NCBI GenBank assembly: GCA_963666425.2
Contig: OY762825.2
Location: 2,496,001 to 2,560,000 of the forward strand
Source: Bacillota bacterium
GTDB taxonomy: Bacteria > Bacillota > JAAYKD01
Reading direction: 5' to 3'
DNA length: 64,000 nucleotides
Shown: positions 30,915 to 41,561 of the stretch, one piece after another
How positions within the stretch are numbered: position 1 is the stretch's first letter
How the letters are laid out: every line of letters starts with the position of its first letter
Made by a program: the position numbers and the translations under genes
Notes under the pieces: model-generated
Seen by the model: the letters and a program-made list of their open reading frames with translations, nothing else
Told to the model about the DNA's origin: nothing
Databases searched by the model: none

Positions 30915-31752
30915 GATCTATTTAGGCTGTCATCTTTCCATTGCCAAAGGTTTTACAGCGGCAGCGCAGGATGCGATCCAAATCGACGCTACCAGCTTTC
31001 AATTTTTTACGCGTAACCCACGCGGCGGTGCGGCCAAAGAATATTCTGCACAGGATCTGGCAGAATCTGCGGCCTTGCTGCAGGAGCATCGTTTCGGACC
31101 ATTATTAGCCCACGCACCTTACACGATGAATTTATGCTCCGCCAAGGAAGAGGTGCGCAGATTCGCTCTGGATATTCTGAAAGACGATTATCAGCGGGTG
31201 CAGCGTCTCCCTTATGAGGCGCGTTACTTGTTTCATCCGGGCAGTCATATTGGTTTGGGCACAGAGCAGGGAATTCATCATATCGTTAATGCCTTGAATC
31301 TGGTCATCAAAGAAGAGGACGGACCTTGGGTCTTGTTGGAAGGCATGACTGGCAAAGGCTCTGAAATTGGCTCCACTTTTGAAGAACTGAAGCAAATCAT
31401 TGAGGGAGTCACGCACACAAAAAAACTCGGTATTTGTATTGATACCTGTCATCTGCATGCCGCAGGTTATGATATCGTCAACCAACCGCGGCAGGTTTTG
31501 CAGGAATTGGACCGCGTAATTGGGCTGCACAAGGTGATGGGTGTGCATGTCAACGATAATATGAATCAGCTGAACAGTCATAAGGACAGGCATGCGCCGA
31601 TTGGAGAAGGCAATATCGGCACAGAGGCCATTGTCAATTTTATTAACCAACCGGAATTAGCCGGTCTGCCGTTCAACTTGGAAACCCCCAACGAATTGGA
31701 AGGATATGCTGCCGAAATCGCTTTATTGCGTCGCTTGAGCAGCAATCGATAA
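30907..31752 (+). CDS. nfo: Endonuclease IV (likely GTG start at 30907)
   Basis: GCHLS, HAPY, FHPGSH, LLEG, CIDTCH, HVND, DRHA, LETP. Confidence 0.95.
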   Translation: MNKIYLGCHLSIAKGFTAAAQDAIQIDATSFQFFTRNPRGGAAKEYSAQDLAESAALLQEHRFGPLLAHAPYTMNLCSAKEEVRRFALDILKDDYQRVQRLPYEARYLFHPGSHIGLGTEQGIHHIVNALNLVIKEEDGPWVLLEGMTGKGSEIGSTFEELKQIIEGVTHTKKLGICIDTCHLHAAGYDIVNQPRQVLQELDRVIGLHKVMGVHVNDNMNQLNSHKDRHAPIGEGNIGTEAIVNFINQPELAGLPFNLETPNELEGYAAEIALLRRLSSNR

Positions 31753-31781
31753 CTCTAAAAAAGCTGCGGTACCTTAAAATG

Positions 31782-31846
31782 CATTTTAAAAAAGCACCCT
31801 TCCTGTTTTCAAAAGGTGAGAACAGGCAGCGGTGCTTTTTAAAATG
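31782..31846. terminator. Bidirectional terminator
   Basis: cattttaaaaaagcacc...ggtgctttttaaaatg. Confidence 0.7.
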
Positions 31847-31938
31847 TCATGATGGATTTTTTAGATCCCTAGAGTCGCTTAGATTTTGGCTGGCTTGAGC
31901 AGCAGATCGGTGAAGCTTAATATGAAAGGTAACACCGC

Positions 31939-33633
31939 TTAATGCAGTCCGTCTGCCACACCGCAGCGGCGTGGATCGACTGTTGTGCAGAGCGCACCGT
32001 TTTCATCCAGAAAACAAGTCTGGAAAGAACCGGTATGAGAATCCCAAGGTTCGGAAACCACCAGATCAGCGCCGAGTTTGCGCAGCGTTTGAATTGTTTC
32101 GAGGCGGATGCGGTCTTCCATTAAGATGGTGGTGTCGTTGATAAACCCATACATCCGCGGCAGATAACCGGCAGTATAGGGATCCATCTTGTAAAAGAGA
32201 AGATTGGTCAGCATCTGTGCCTGAGAGAAGGACGGATTACCGGGACTGCCGGTCATCAGCACCGGCTGACCATTTTTAAACAACAGCGTATGTCCCATGA
32301 TCAAACGGGTGCGGGCGCCGGGGACCAATTTGATCTGCATCCCTTCGAAGCCATTGGCGGCGGCAGAACTGCCGCCCATCGGTACGCCGCCTACCACTGC
32401 ACCGGCAATGCCACTGCCTTGAATGGTATTCATGATTTGCAGCCAATTGCCGTAGGTATCGACAATGCTGATTTCACAGCTGCCACAGGAAGCTTTCGGC
32501 CGATCATCGGAAGCAAAACACTCACTGACCAGACTGCCGCGTGGACCGGGTTTGACAGTCAGTTTCATATGTTCGCTTAAATCGACTTTTGGTTTGTTGC
32601 TTTCGATCAAACGGGCAAGGTAAGCGTGATAGGCAGGATCACGGAAGAGATCAAAATCCGGATTGGCTACGACGGTGTCATTCATATAACCGGTATGGAA
32701 ATTCCCGATGCGTAAAGCTTGTGCCATATAATAGAGGTGTTCGCCGGAATAAGGTTCGTATTGCTCAAGATGCAGCTGATCCAGAATTCCTAAAATCAGG
32801 GCTTGCTGCTGCCCTTGCTGCTGTGGTAAAGCCAAACAGGCAATCTCGTAATCTTTGACCCGAAAACGGTACGGTTCTACCCAGCGGGGTGGATTTTCCG
32901 TCATATGAGCCAGATTGATCTGCCAGCCGAGCGAGTTGGCCTTCGCCACATACGCTTTTGCCCAATCGCCCTGAATCATATAGTCGGGTCCTTCCTTGGC
33001 GATCCCACGCAAGGTATCACCCAAACCCGGTTTCGGGAAACGTTCGCCGATTTTTACCAAACGTCCGTTGGGTTTGAAGTATTCTCTGGCTTCAGGGTAA
33101 TAGGTAAAGACAGCATGCATGTCCATGGTCGCTTCACGCTCAAATTCGGAAACATGATTGCCGTGATCTGCCCACCAGATCGCTTCTTCGCATAAATCGC
33201 TCCAGCTGAAGCTGCCATAACGTTCATGCAAAGCCTTGAGACCGGGAGCAAAGCCGGGAATGGAAGAGGCCATCGGAGCGGCACCCCAGCCGGCGCCGGG
33301 TCGGGCAGGCATGGGACGATGCAAAGCTAAGCCGCTGGGAAAGGTAGAGGTGCTGTCCAATTGAACTGTTTGGCGCGTTTTGGCATCATAATAGAGCGCA
33401 GTCACTGTACCGGCAAGGTTTGTCATATAAGGTTCTAAAACACCCTGCAGCAAACAGCCGGCAATTCCCGCATCGACGGCTGTGCCGCCTTTTTCCAGGA
33501 TCTGCAGCAAAGAGTAGGTAACCACCGCATTATCGGAACTCACTGCGGCTTTTACTCCTTTTACTGTATGTTTGGAAGCAGAGCCGGGCAGCCATCTGGC
33601 TTCGGAAAGATTAATTTCACGAGGGTTGAGCAT
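31939..33633 (-). CDS. Gamma-glutamyltransferase family Ntn-hydrolase (atypical)
   Basis: GGTAVDA, IPG, SIVDTYGN, GSPG, C-terminal DPRR. Confidence 0.82.
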   Translation of the reverse strand: MLNPREINLSEARWLPGSASKHTVKGVKAAVSSDNAVVTYSLLQILEKGGTAVDAGIAGCLLQGVLEPYMTNLAGTVTALYYDAKTRQTVQLDSTSTFPSGLALHRPMPARPGAGWGAAPMASSIPGFAPGLKALHERYGSFSWSDLCEEAIWWADHGNHVSEFEREATMDMHAVFTYYPEAREYFKPNGRLVKIGERFPKPGLGDTLRGIAKEGPDYMIQGDWAKAYVAKANSLGWQINLAHMTENPPRWVEPYRFRVKDYEIACLALPQQQGQQQALILGILDQLHLEQYEPYSGEHLYYMAQALRIGNFHTGYMNDTVVANPDFDLFRDPAYHAYLARLIESNKPKVDLSEHMKLTVKPGPRGSLVSECFASDDRPKASCGSCEISIVDTYGNWLQIMNTIQGSGIAGAVVGGVPMGGSSAAANGFEGMQIKLVPGARTRLIMGHTLLFKNGQPVLMTGSPGNPSFSQAQMLTNLLFYKMDPYTAGYLPRMYGFINDTTILMEDRIRLETIQTLRKLGADLVVSEPWDSHTGSFQTCFLDENGALCTTVDPRRCGVADGLH

Positions 33634-33760
33634 AAGATACCTCCTTTAAAATGATGATGCAGTTTTTTTCGACTGGGGGCTCGAAAAAACCTTTCTTAAA
33701 TCTTTGGCAATCGAAGAATTTCCATGAAGCGACGGCAAGAGCACACAGGTCTGGTATTGA

Positions 33761-33789
33761 TTGACAGAGCGCAGCGCGCATGCTATGAT
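33761..33789 (+). promoter_or_regulatory. Sigma-A promoter for GAF gene
   Basis: TTGACA-17-TATGAT with extended TG. Confidence 0.7.
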
Positions 33790-33853
33790 ACAAAACAAAA
33801 TGATGCCATGCAGGAAGCAACAGTTTGCTGCACAACAGGAAGGATGGAAAGCC

Positions 33854-34342
33854 ATGATCGAAATACAATCGGATTATCCCACAACAAAGCCGGAATTATA
33901 CACTTTACTGCAGCAGCAATTGCGAGCGTTAGTGGAAGGGGAAAGACACTCTATCCCAAATTTAGCCAACACCGCAGCGCTCTTGGCCGGCGCCTTACTC
34001 AAGATCAATTGGGTCGGTTTCTATTTAATGACAGATGGCTATTTGCTGTTGGGACCGTTCCAGGGTAAACCGGCTTGTCTTCGGATCGCTTTGGGCAGCG
34101 GGGTTTGCGGAACTGCGGCGGCTTTGGACGAGACGCAGCGGATAGCCGATGTTCATTGTTTTCCCGGGCACATCGCCTGCGACTGTGCTTCCAATTCTGA
34201 GATTGTGATTCCGATTCATGCAGACGGCAAGGTCATTGGGGTGCTGGATATCGACAGCCCTTTCCCCAATCGTTTTGACGAAGAGGATCAGCAGGGTTTG
34301 CAGGAGTTGGTTCGTATTCTGGAGGCAGCCTGTTCTTGGTAA
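33854..34342 (+). CDS. msrC: GAF-domain free methionine-R-sulfoxide reductase (likely start 33854)
   Basis: NWVGFY, LGPFQGKPAC, GVCG, HIACD, SEIVIP, DIDS. Confidence 0.9.
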   Translation: MIEIQSDYPTTKPELYTLLQQQLRALVEGERHSIPNLANTAALLAGALLKINWVGFYLMTDGYLLLGPFQGKPACLRIALGSGVCGTAAALDETQRIADVHCFPGHIACDCASNSEIVIPIHADGKVIGVLDIDSPFPNRFDEEDQQGLQELVRILEAACSW

Positions 34343-34418
34343 TGCTGCGCAGGAATTACTGCAAACTAAAAAAACTGCAGCCACAGGAGTGTCTTTGAAT
34401 TCCTTCTGATTCCAATGC

Positions 34419-34447
34419 TTGACATCGTGCTCTGTATTTGGTATAAA
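34419..34447 (+). promoter_or_regulatory. Sigma-A promoter of lar leader
   Basis: TTGACA-17-TATAAA with extended TG. Confidence 0.75.
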
Positions 34448-34453
34448 GGAAGT

Positions 34454-34630
34454 AAGATGCGCAGGAAGTGCATCAAGACCGCCAGAAGGCGAATCGATGG
34501 TTTTAAGATGCAGTCGACGTCTTTGCTTGGTAAAAAAGCCAAGCGCAGCCGCTTGATGCAGATTGGTTCACTTTCAAAGCAAGTAAAATGAAGTCTGAAG
34601 GCTTACAATTTTTGTAGGCCTTTTTTTTTT
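34454..34630 (+). promoter_or_regulatory. Structured 5' leader with intrinsic terminator (candidate attenuator/riboswitch)
   Basis: P1 tgcatcaag/cttgatgca encloses internal hairpins; terminator aggcttacaa/ttgtaggcct plus T10 lies immediately before the larE RBS. Confidence 0.65.
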
Positions 34631-34643
34631 CAGGGAGGAAAAC

Positions 34644-35387
34644 ATGGATCTGAAGACTTTTTTTCAAATCAATCCAAAAGTAGCTTTGGGCTTTTCCGGT
34701 GGGGTGGATTCATCTTATTTACTCTATGCCGCCATCACTTACGGTGCTGATGTCAAAGCCTATTTTGTACAGACTCCTTTTCAACCGCAGTTTGAATTGG
34801 AAGATGCCAAACGCATTGCAGCGCAGCTGAAGGCGAATTGGCAGGTTTTGCCGTTGGATGTTCTGCAGGATTGCCAGGTGACAGCCAATAACAGCCAGCG
34901 CTGTTATTTTTGCAAGCAACAGATTTTTGGTAAACTGGCAGCGCAAGCCGCAGCAGACGGCTATTCTGTGATTATCGATGGCACCAATGCTTCGGATGAT
35001 CTGACCGATCGCCCCGGTATGCAGGCGCTGCAGGAAATGCGGGTGCTTTCGCCCTTGAGAGAATGCAAAATCAGCAAGGCTCAAATACGGCAGCTGTCCA
35101 AAGAAGCAGGACTTTTTACCTGGGATAAACCAGCTTATGCCTGTCTGGCCACCCGCATCCCCACGGATACGCCAATTACCGCAGAATTGTTGGTCAAAGC
35201 GGAGCGTGCTGAATCCGTCTTGTTTTCTTTGGGATTCACTGATTTTCGCGTGCGGCAATTGGGAGAATACGCACGAATTCAAGTGCCATCGGACCAATTT
35301 TCAGCCGTTATCGAAAAAAGAGAGGCAATTTTTCAGGCGCTGGCGGCGGATTACAGTGGGATTTTACTTGACCTTAAGTCAAGATAA
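34644..35387 (+). CDS. larE: ATP-dependent sulfur transferase LarE
   Basis: PP-loop FSGGVDS, RCYFCK, DGTN, RPG, ACLATRIP. Confidence 0.92.
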   Translation: MDLKTFFQINPKVALGFSGGVDSSYLLYAAITYGADVKAYFVQTPFQPQFELEDAKRIAAQLKANWQVLPLDVLQDCQVTANNSQRCYFCKQQIFGKLAAQAAADGYSVIIDGTNASDDLTDRPGMQALQEMRVLSPLRECKISKAQIRQLSKEAGLFTWDKPAYACLATRIPTDTPITAELLVKAERAESVLFSLGFTDFRVRQLGEYARIQVPSDQFSAVIEKREAIFQALAADYSGILLDLKSR

Positions 35388-35399
35388 GGAGCAGTGAGC

Positions 35400-36160
35400 A
35401 TGGATAAACAAGAGATTTATCAGTTGCTGCAGCAGGTCAAAACAGGGACGCTGACCCCGGAAGAAGCGGTTTTGTTATTGAAGATGCAGCCGTTTGAAGA
35501 TTTGGGTTATGCAAAGGTAGATCATCACCGTGGTTTGCGTCAAGGCGTTGCCGAAGTGATTTACGGAGCCGGTAAAACTGCCCAACAAATTGCCGGTATT
35601 GTTGCTTCATTACGCAGTGCAGGTCAGAAAACAGTCCTGATTACCCGACTTAGTGTGGAGGCAGCGGATTTTCTGGCAAGTCAGCAAGCGGAATTTACTT
35701 ATTATACAATTGCCAGAGTTGGTATCGTCGGTCAAATCCCGCTGCCACGTGTACCGGGGAAAATTATCATCGCCACGGGTGGGACCAGTGACATGGCTGT
35801 GGCAGAAGAGGCAGCTCTGACCGCCGAAGCGCTGGGCAATGAGGTAATCCGCCTCTATGATGTAGGTGTTGCCGGCTTGCACCGCCTATTGTCCAAGCTG
35901 GATGTGCTGATGCAGGCGCGGGTGGTGATTGCAGTCGCTGGTATGGAGGGAGCGCTCGCCAGTGTCGTTGGCGGTTTGGTAGATTGTCCGGTGATTGCCG
36001 TGCCGACTAGTGTGGGTTATGGTGCCGCGTTTGGCGGCTTGGCGGCTTTGCTGGCCATGCTGAATTCCTGCGCCAGCGGTGTGAGTGTAGTGAACATCGA
36101 CAACGGTTTTGGTGCGGGTTATTTAGCGAGTATGATCAATCAAATAGGGGAGTTGAAGCA

Positions 36161-36164
<4 letters not shown>
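35400..36164 (+). CDS. larB: Nickel-pincer cofactor biosynthesis protein LarB
   Basis: [49 protein letters not shown]. Confidence 0.95.
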
Positions 36165-37441
<1,277 letters not shown>

Positions 37442-37454
37442 AAGAAGATAAGCA

Positions 37455-37502
37455 AGAGGCTCCGAAACAGGCTGCAATAACAGCAGTTCCGGAGCCTTTA
37501 TT
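37455..37502 (+). terminator. Putative terminator after larC
   Basis: aggctccg...cggagcct followed by ttatt. Confidence 0.5.
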
Positions 37503-37695
37503 CTCAACTGCAAAGAATGAAAATTTTACATAAATACAGGAATCCGGCAGCAGTATCTTGAATAAAACAAAAAATATTCGTCCCAAAAATAAAATAGGTT
37601 TTAAGTCTGCTCAAACAAGCAAAAGTTTTTTTACAGGTGCATGAGAGTGACCAGTAAAAGGATTTGAGAGAGAGCAGAATCAGGAGAGTGATGTC

Positions 37696-37875
37696 ATGGA
37701 TTTTTTCGTAAGTAATCTTTTCACTTTGTTATGTTTGGTGATCTCTATTTTCTTTATTTGGCAAAGCCGGGATGCGCGGCACCTTTCATTTCGTCGTTAT
37801 GGTTATCTTTTCTTGGCTGTTGCGACCGGTTTCTTTTTCTATGGAATTTATAGCTTGCTTCGCATGATAGCATGA
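37696..37875 (+). CDS. Small 59-aa two-TM membrane protein (not in ORF track)
   Basis: aggag RBS; MDFFVSNLFTLLCLVISIFFIWQSRDARHLSFRRYGYLFLAVATGFFFYGIYSLLRMIA; terminator follows. Confidence 0.7.
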   Translation: MDFFVSNLFTLLCLVISIFFIWQSRDARHLSFRRYGYLFLAVATGFFFYGIYSLLRMIA

Positions 37876-37890
37876 GAAGAAGCAGAACGA

Positions 37891-37931
37891 CAAGCGGTAA
37901 AACTGTATTTAGAACAGTTTCACCGCTTTTT
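37891..37931 (+). terminator. Intrinsic terminator
   Basis: aagcggtaaaactgt...acagtttcaccgc-ttttt. Confidence 0.65.
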
Positions 37932-38032
37932 CATTTTCTGTTTCCGGCAGCAGGTAGATAACCAGGTGAAAGAGAAATAGTAGGATCAGTTGTCTCGATC
38001 AGGAGCAAGATTTGTGATGAGGTGAGGGAAAA

Positions 38033-38818
38033 TTGCATATTATTGTATGTATTAAGCAGGTACCGGGAACGATGAAGGTGGAAGTAGATCCAGAAACCGG
38101 GGTTTTGAAGCGGGAAGGGATTGCCAATAAAATGAACCCGTATGATTTATTTGCTTTGGAAACCGCTTTACGCTTGAAAGAAGCAATCGGAGCCAGGGTT
38201 ACTGTAATATCGATGGGACCTCAACAGGCAGCATCTGTCATCCGCGAAGCCTATTGGATGGGGGTAGACGCAGGTGTGCTGCTGAGTGATAGGCGTTTTG
38301 GCGGTGCTGATGTGCTTGCTACTTCCTATACGCTGGCACAGGGAATTCGAACCTTGGCTGTGGCCGACTTGATTCTTTGCGGTAAACAAACGACAGACGG
38401 TGATACGGCACAGGTTGGGCCTGAATTGGCGCAATGGCTCAAGATACCGAACTTGTGTAATGTCCTCGAAATCCAGGCAGGCGAGAGGGATGCTGAAGTA
38501 AAAATTGATCTCAACCAAATCATACAAACCGTTCGGATCAAATACCCTTGCCTTTTAACCGTTGAAAAAGACATTTTCATGCCGCGGTTACCTTCTTATC
38601 GTTTAAAAAAAGCTACCGCACAATGGACGATCAAGGTTTTGAGCCTGGATGATCTTGCGGACCGGGATGCGCGTCATTATGGCTTAACTGGTTCAGCAAC
38701 CCAGGTTGAGCGAATTTTCCCGCCGCAAGCGGAGGGTGAGCATGAGATACTGCAAGGCAGCGGACGCAGTTTGGCGGCGACTGCCGCGGAGAAATTGCGG
38801 CTGCATGAGCTGCTCTGA
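38033..38818 (+). CDS. etfB: Electron transfer flavoprotein beta subunit (LctB-like)
   Basis: IVCIKQVP, MNPYD, GADVLATSY, GKQTTDGDTAQVGP, GLTGSATQV. Confidence 0.93.
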   Translation: MHIIVCIKQVPGTMKVEVDPETGVLKREGIANKMNPYDLFALETALRLKEAIGARVTVISMGPQQAASVIREAYWMGVDAGVLLSDRRFGGADVLATSYTLAQGIRTLAVADLILCGKQTTDGDTAQVGPELAQWLKIPNLCNVLEIQAGERDAEVKIDLNQIIQTVRIKYPCLLTVEKDIFMPRLPSYRLKKATAQWTIKVLSLDDLADRDARHYGLTGSATQVERIFPPQAEGEHEILQGSGRSLAATAAEKLRLHELL

Positions 38819-38843
38819 GTTAAAAGACTGGAGGGTCTAAAAG

Positions 38844-40034
38844 TTGGCAGAATTAAAGATAAATCAAGACAAGGTAGTTGACCGATATAAACTTATCGGT
38901 CTATGCCCATTCCAGGCGCTTTACATCGATGAAACAGGAAGTATTGCACTAAATGATCGCTGTAAGCTCTGTAAACTCTGTTTGAAATTTTCTGATGGTG
39001 CGATCGAACTGGTGGAGGAAATTGAACCAAAACAAGATTTCAGTTGCTGGAAAGACCTGGCAGTCTATTTGGAATGCCAGAATGGTAAAATTCATCCGAT
39101 TGCTTGGGAATTGGTGGGCAAAGCCCAAGAACTTGCGAAACAGTTGCATCAGCGCGTTTGTGGTGTTTTGATCGGTATGGATTTGGCAGCACCAATTGCC
39201 GAAGCGAAAAAATACGGTTTGGATGAATTGGTGATCTATGAAGCAGAGGAACTGCGCTATTTTCGCATTGAACCCTATACGGCAGCCTGGACGGATTTTA
39301 TTATTGATAAGAAACCTAATATCATTTTAATCGGCGCAACAAATTTAGGCCGTTCCTTGGCACCCCGGCTTGCTGCTTGCTTTTCTACCGGATTAACGGC
39401 GGATTGCACGGTTTTACGTGTGGAAAGTGACGGCGCACTGGTGCAGATCCGGCCGGCTTTTGGCGGTAATATTATGGCACAAATCAAAACGCCAGGCAGC
39501 AGACCGCAGATGGCAACCGTGCGTTATAAAGTGATGCAGGCTGCGCTGCCGAATGCTGTCAAAATACCGAACATTGAGTTCCGTCAACTGGCCCAAACAC
39601 AGCTTGTTTCTGCCATCACACTGCTGCGGATGGAAGCGAAACCGCCGGTGCAGGATATCAGTGACGCTGAAGTCATTATTGCAGTCGGTCGGGGTGTAAA
39701 ACGGCAGGAGGATCTGAAGTTGATCGGGCAATTGGCGGATCGTCTGAATGCAACCTTAGCCTTTAGCAGACCAATGATCGAAGCAGGCTGGGCGGATGCG
39801 CGGCAGCAGATTGGTTTATCCGGCAGAACGATCAAACCGAAATTGCTGATTGCCTTAGGAATTTCCGGCTCGGTGCAGTTTGTGGCCGGGATGAGCGGTT
39901 CTGCTTATACAATCGCCGTCAATACGGATGCCCAAGCTCCGATTTTTCAAGTTGCGCATCTTGGTTTGGTGGGGGATTGCTTTGAGTTTGTCAGAGAATT
40001 ATTGGCTATCCTGGATGAAAAGGCAGGTGTTTGA
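38844..40034 (+). CDS. etfA: Electron transfer flavoprotein alpha subunit with N-terminal Fe-S domain (LctC-like)
   Basis: CPFQA..CKLCKLC, TGLTADCT, RPAFGGN, QIGLSG, GISGSVQ. Confidence 0.93.
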   Translation: MAELKINQDKVVDRYKLIGLCPFQALYIDETGSIALNDRCKLCKLCLKFSDGAIELVEEIEPKQDFSCWKDLAVYLECQNGKIHPIAWELVGKAQELAKQLHQRVCGVLIGMDLAAPIAEAKKYGLDELVIYEAEELRYFRIEPYTAAWTDFIIDKKPNIILIGATNLGRSLAPRLAACFSTGLTADCTVLRVESDGALVQIRPAFGGNIMAQIKTPGSRPQMATVRYKVMQAALPNAVKIPNIEFRQLAQTQLVSAITLLRMEAKPPVQDISDAEVIIAVGRGVKRQEDLKLIGQLADRLNATLAFSRPMIEAGWADARQQIGLSGRTIKPKLLIALGISGSVQFVAGMSGSAYTIAVNTDAQAPIFQVAHLGLVGDCFEFVRELLAILDEKAGV

Positions 40035-40035
40035 A

Positions 40036-41442
40036 ATGCAGACTTATACACGAATGACTTCGGAGCACCTGATTGCTCTGCGTCAGATCCTGGCAGCGGA
40101 ACGAGTGCTGACGGGTGATGAGATTGCGGCAGAATATGGCCATGACGAACTGTCCGGCATGATTGTGATGCCTCAGGTTGTTCTGCAGCCGCTGTCTACT
40201 GCTGAAGTAGCCGGAGTGCTTCAGTTTGCCAGCGAACAGCGTATTCCCGTGACGCCGAGGGGACAAGGAACCGGTTTGGTTGGCGGCTGCGTACCTGTTT
40301 GCGGCGGAATTACGCTGGATATGAGTAAAATGAATCGAATTTTGGAACTCGATATGGATAACCTAACCCTGACAGTGGAGCCTGGTGTTCTCTTGATGGA
40401 TGTCACCAAGTTTGTTGAGGAGCGGCAGCTTTTTTATCCGCCGGATCCGGGAGAGAAAAGTGCCAGCATCGGCGGTAATATATCTACGAATGCCGGCGGT
40501 ATGCGGGCTGTAAAATACGGCGTTACCCGGGATTATGTTCGTGGCTTGGAAGTGGTTTTGGCAAACGGTACCATTCTCAACCTCAATGGCAAGGTCGCGA
40601 AAAATTCTTCTGGTTATGATCTGAAAGATTTGATCATTGGTTCGGAGGGGACGCTGGCTGTCGTGACCAAAGCAATTTTGAAATTGCTGCCTTATCCGTC
40701 TGAAACAATCAGCTTATTGATTCCCTTTGCCGATTTGAAAACCGCGATCAATACGGTGCCTTTGATTCTGCAGTCCCGCACGAATCCGGTGGCGGTGGAG
40801 TTCTTCGAACGCGAAACGATCATAGCCGCGGAGCATTTTCTGGGTAAACATTTCCCGGATCATTCAGCACCGGCCTATTTACTGCTTAGTTTTGATGGCA
40901 ACAGCCCGGCAGAACTGGAGCAGATCTATGAGACAGCAGCTGATTTATGTTTAGATAACGGCGCTCTGGATGTGCTGATTGCAGATACGCAGGAGCGTAA
41001 AGAATCTATTTGGAGTGCCCGCAGTGCTTTTCTGGAAGGTATCAAGGCAGCAGCCGGTGAAATCGACGAATGCGACGTGGTGGTACCACGGAAATTGGTG
41101 GCTGAGTTTATGCAGTTTGCCCATGGTTTAGAAGCAAAATACGGCGTTGGGATCCGTGGCTTCGGACATGCCGGAGATGGAAATCTGCATATTTACGCAA
41201 TGCGGGAAAACATGCAGGAATCCGACTGGCAAAAAGGGAAGAAGGCAGTTATGGCAGCGCTTTACCAACAGGCAGCGCTCTATGAAGGTCAGGTTTCTGG
41301 GGAACATGGCATCGGATGGGAAAAACAGGAGTATTTACTGCAGCGTTTAGGGAAAGCGCAGGTTTGCTTAATGCAGGCGGTGAAACAGGTATTCGATCCT
41401 TCTGGTATCTTAAACCCTCAGAAGATTTTCAAACTCGCATAA
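40036..41442 (+). CDS. FAD-linked oxidoreductase, GlcD/LctD-like (lactate dehydrogenase subunit)
   Basis: RGQGTGLVGG, PDPGE, TNAGG, GSEGTL, HAGDGNLH, GEHGIG; follows etfBA. Confidence 0.88.
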   Translation: MQTYTRMTSEHLIALRQILAAERVLTGDEIAAEYGHDELSGMIVMPQVVLQPLSTAEVAGVLQFASEQRIPVTPRGQGTGLVGGCVPVCGGITLDMSKMNRILELDMDNLTLTVEPGVLLMDVTKFVEERQLFYPPDPGEKSASIGGNISTNAGGMRAVKYGVTRDYVRGLEVVLANGTILNLNGKVAKNSSGYDLKDLIIGSEGTLAVVTKAILKLLPYPSETISLLIPFADLKTAINTVPLILQSRTNPVAVEFFERETIIAAEHFLGKHFPDHSAPAYLLLSFDGNSPAELEQIYETAADLCLDNGALDVLIADTQERKESIWSARSAFLEGIKAAAGEIDECDVVVPRKLVAEFMQFAHGLEAKYGVGIRGFGHAGDGNLHIYAMRENMQESDWQKGKKAVMAALYQQAALYEGQVSGEHGIGWEKQEYLLQRLGKAQVCLMQAVKQVFDPSGILNPQKIFKLA

Positions 41443-41561
41443 AATCATGGTGATTGCAGGAGCAGCCAATTGGAAATTCAGCTGAATAGTCAATCTGGAT
41501 GGTGGCTTGCAGTCAGGCGACGCAGTCATCGGACCGATCTGGTTGGGAGGGAGAAAGTAAG

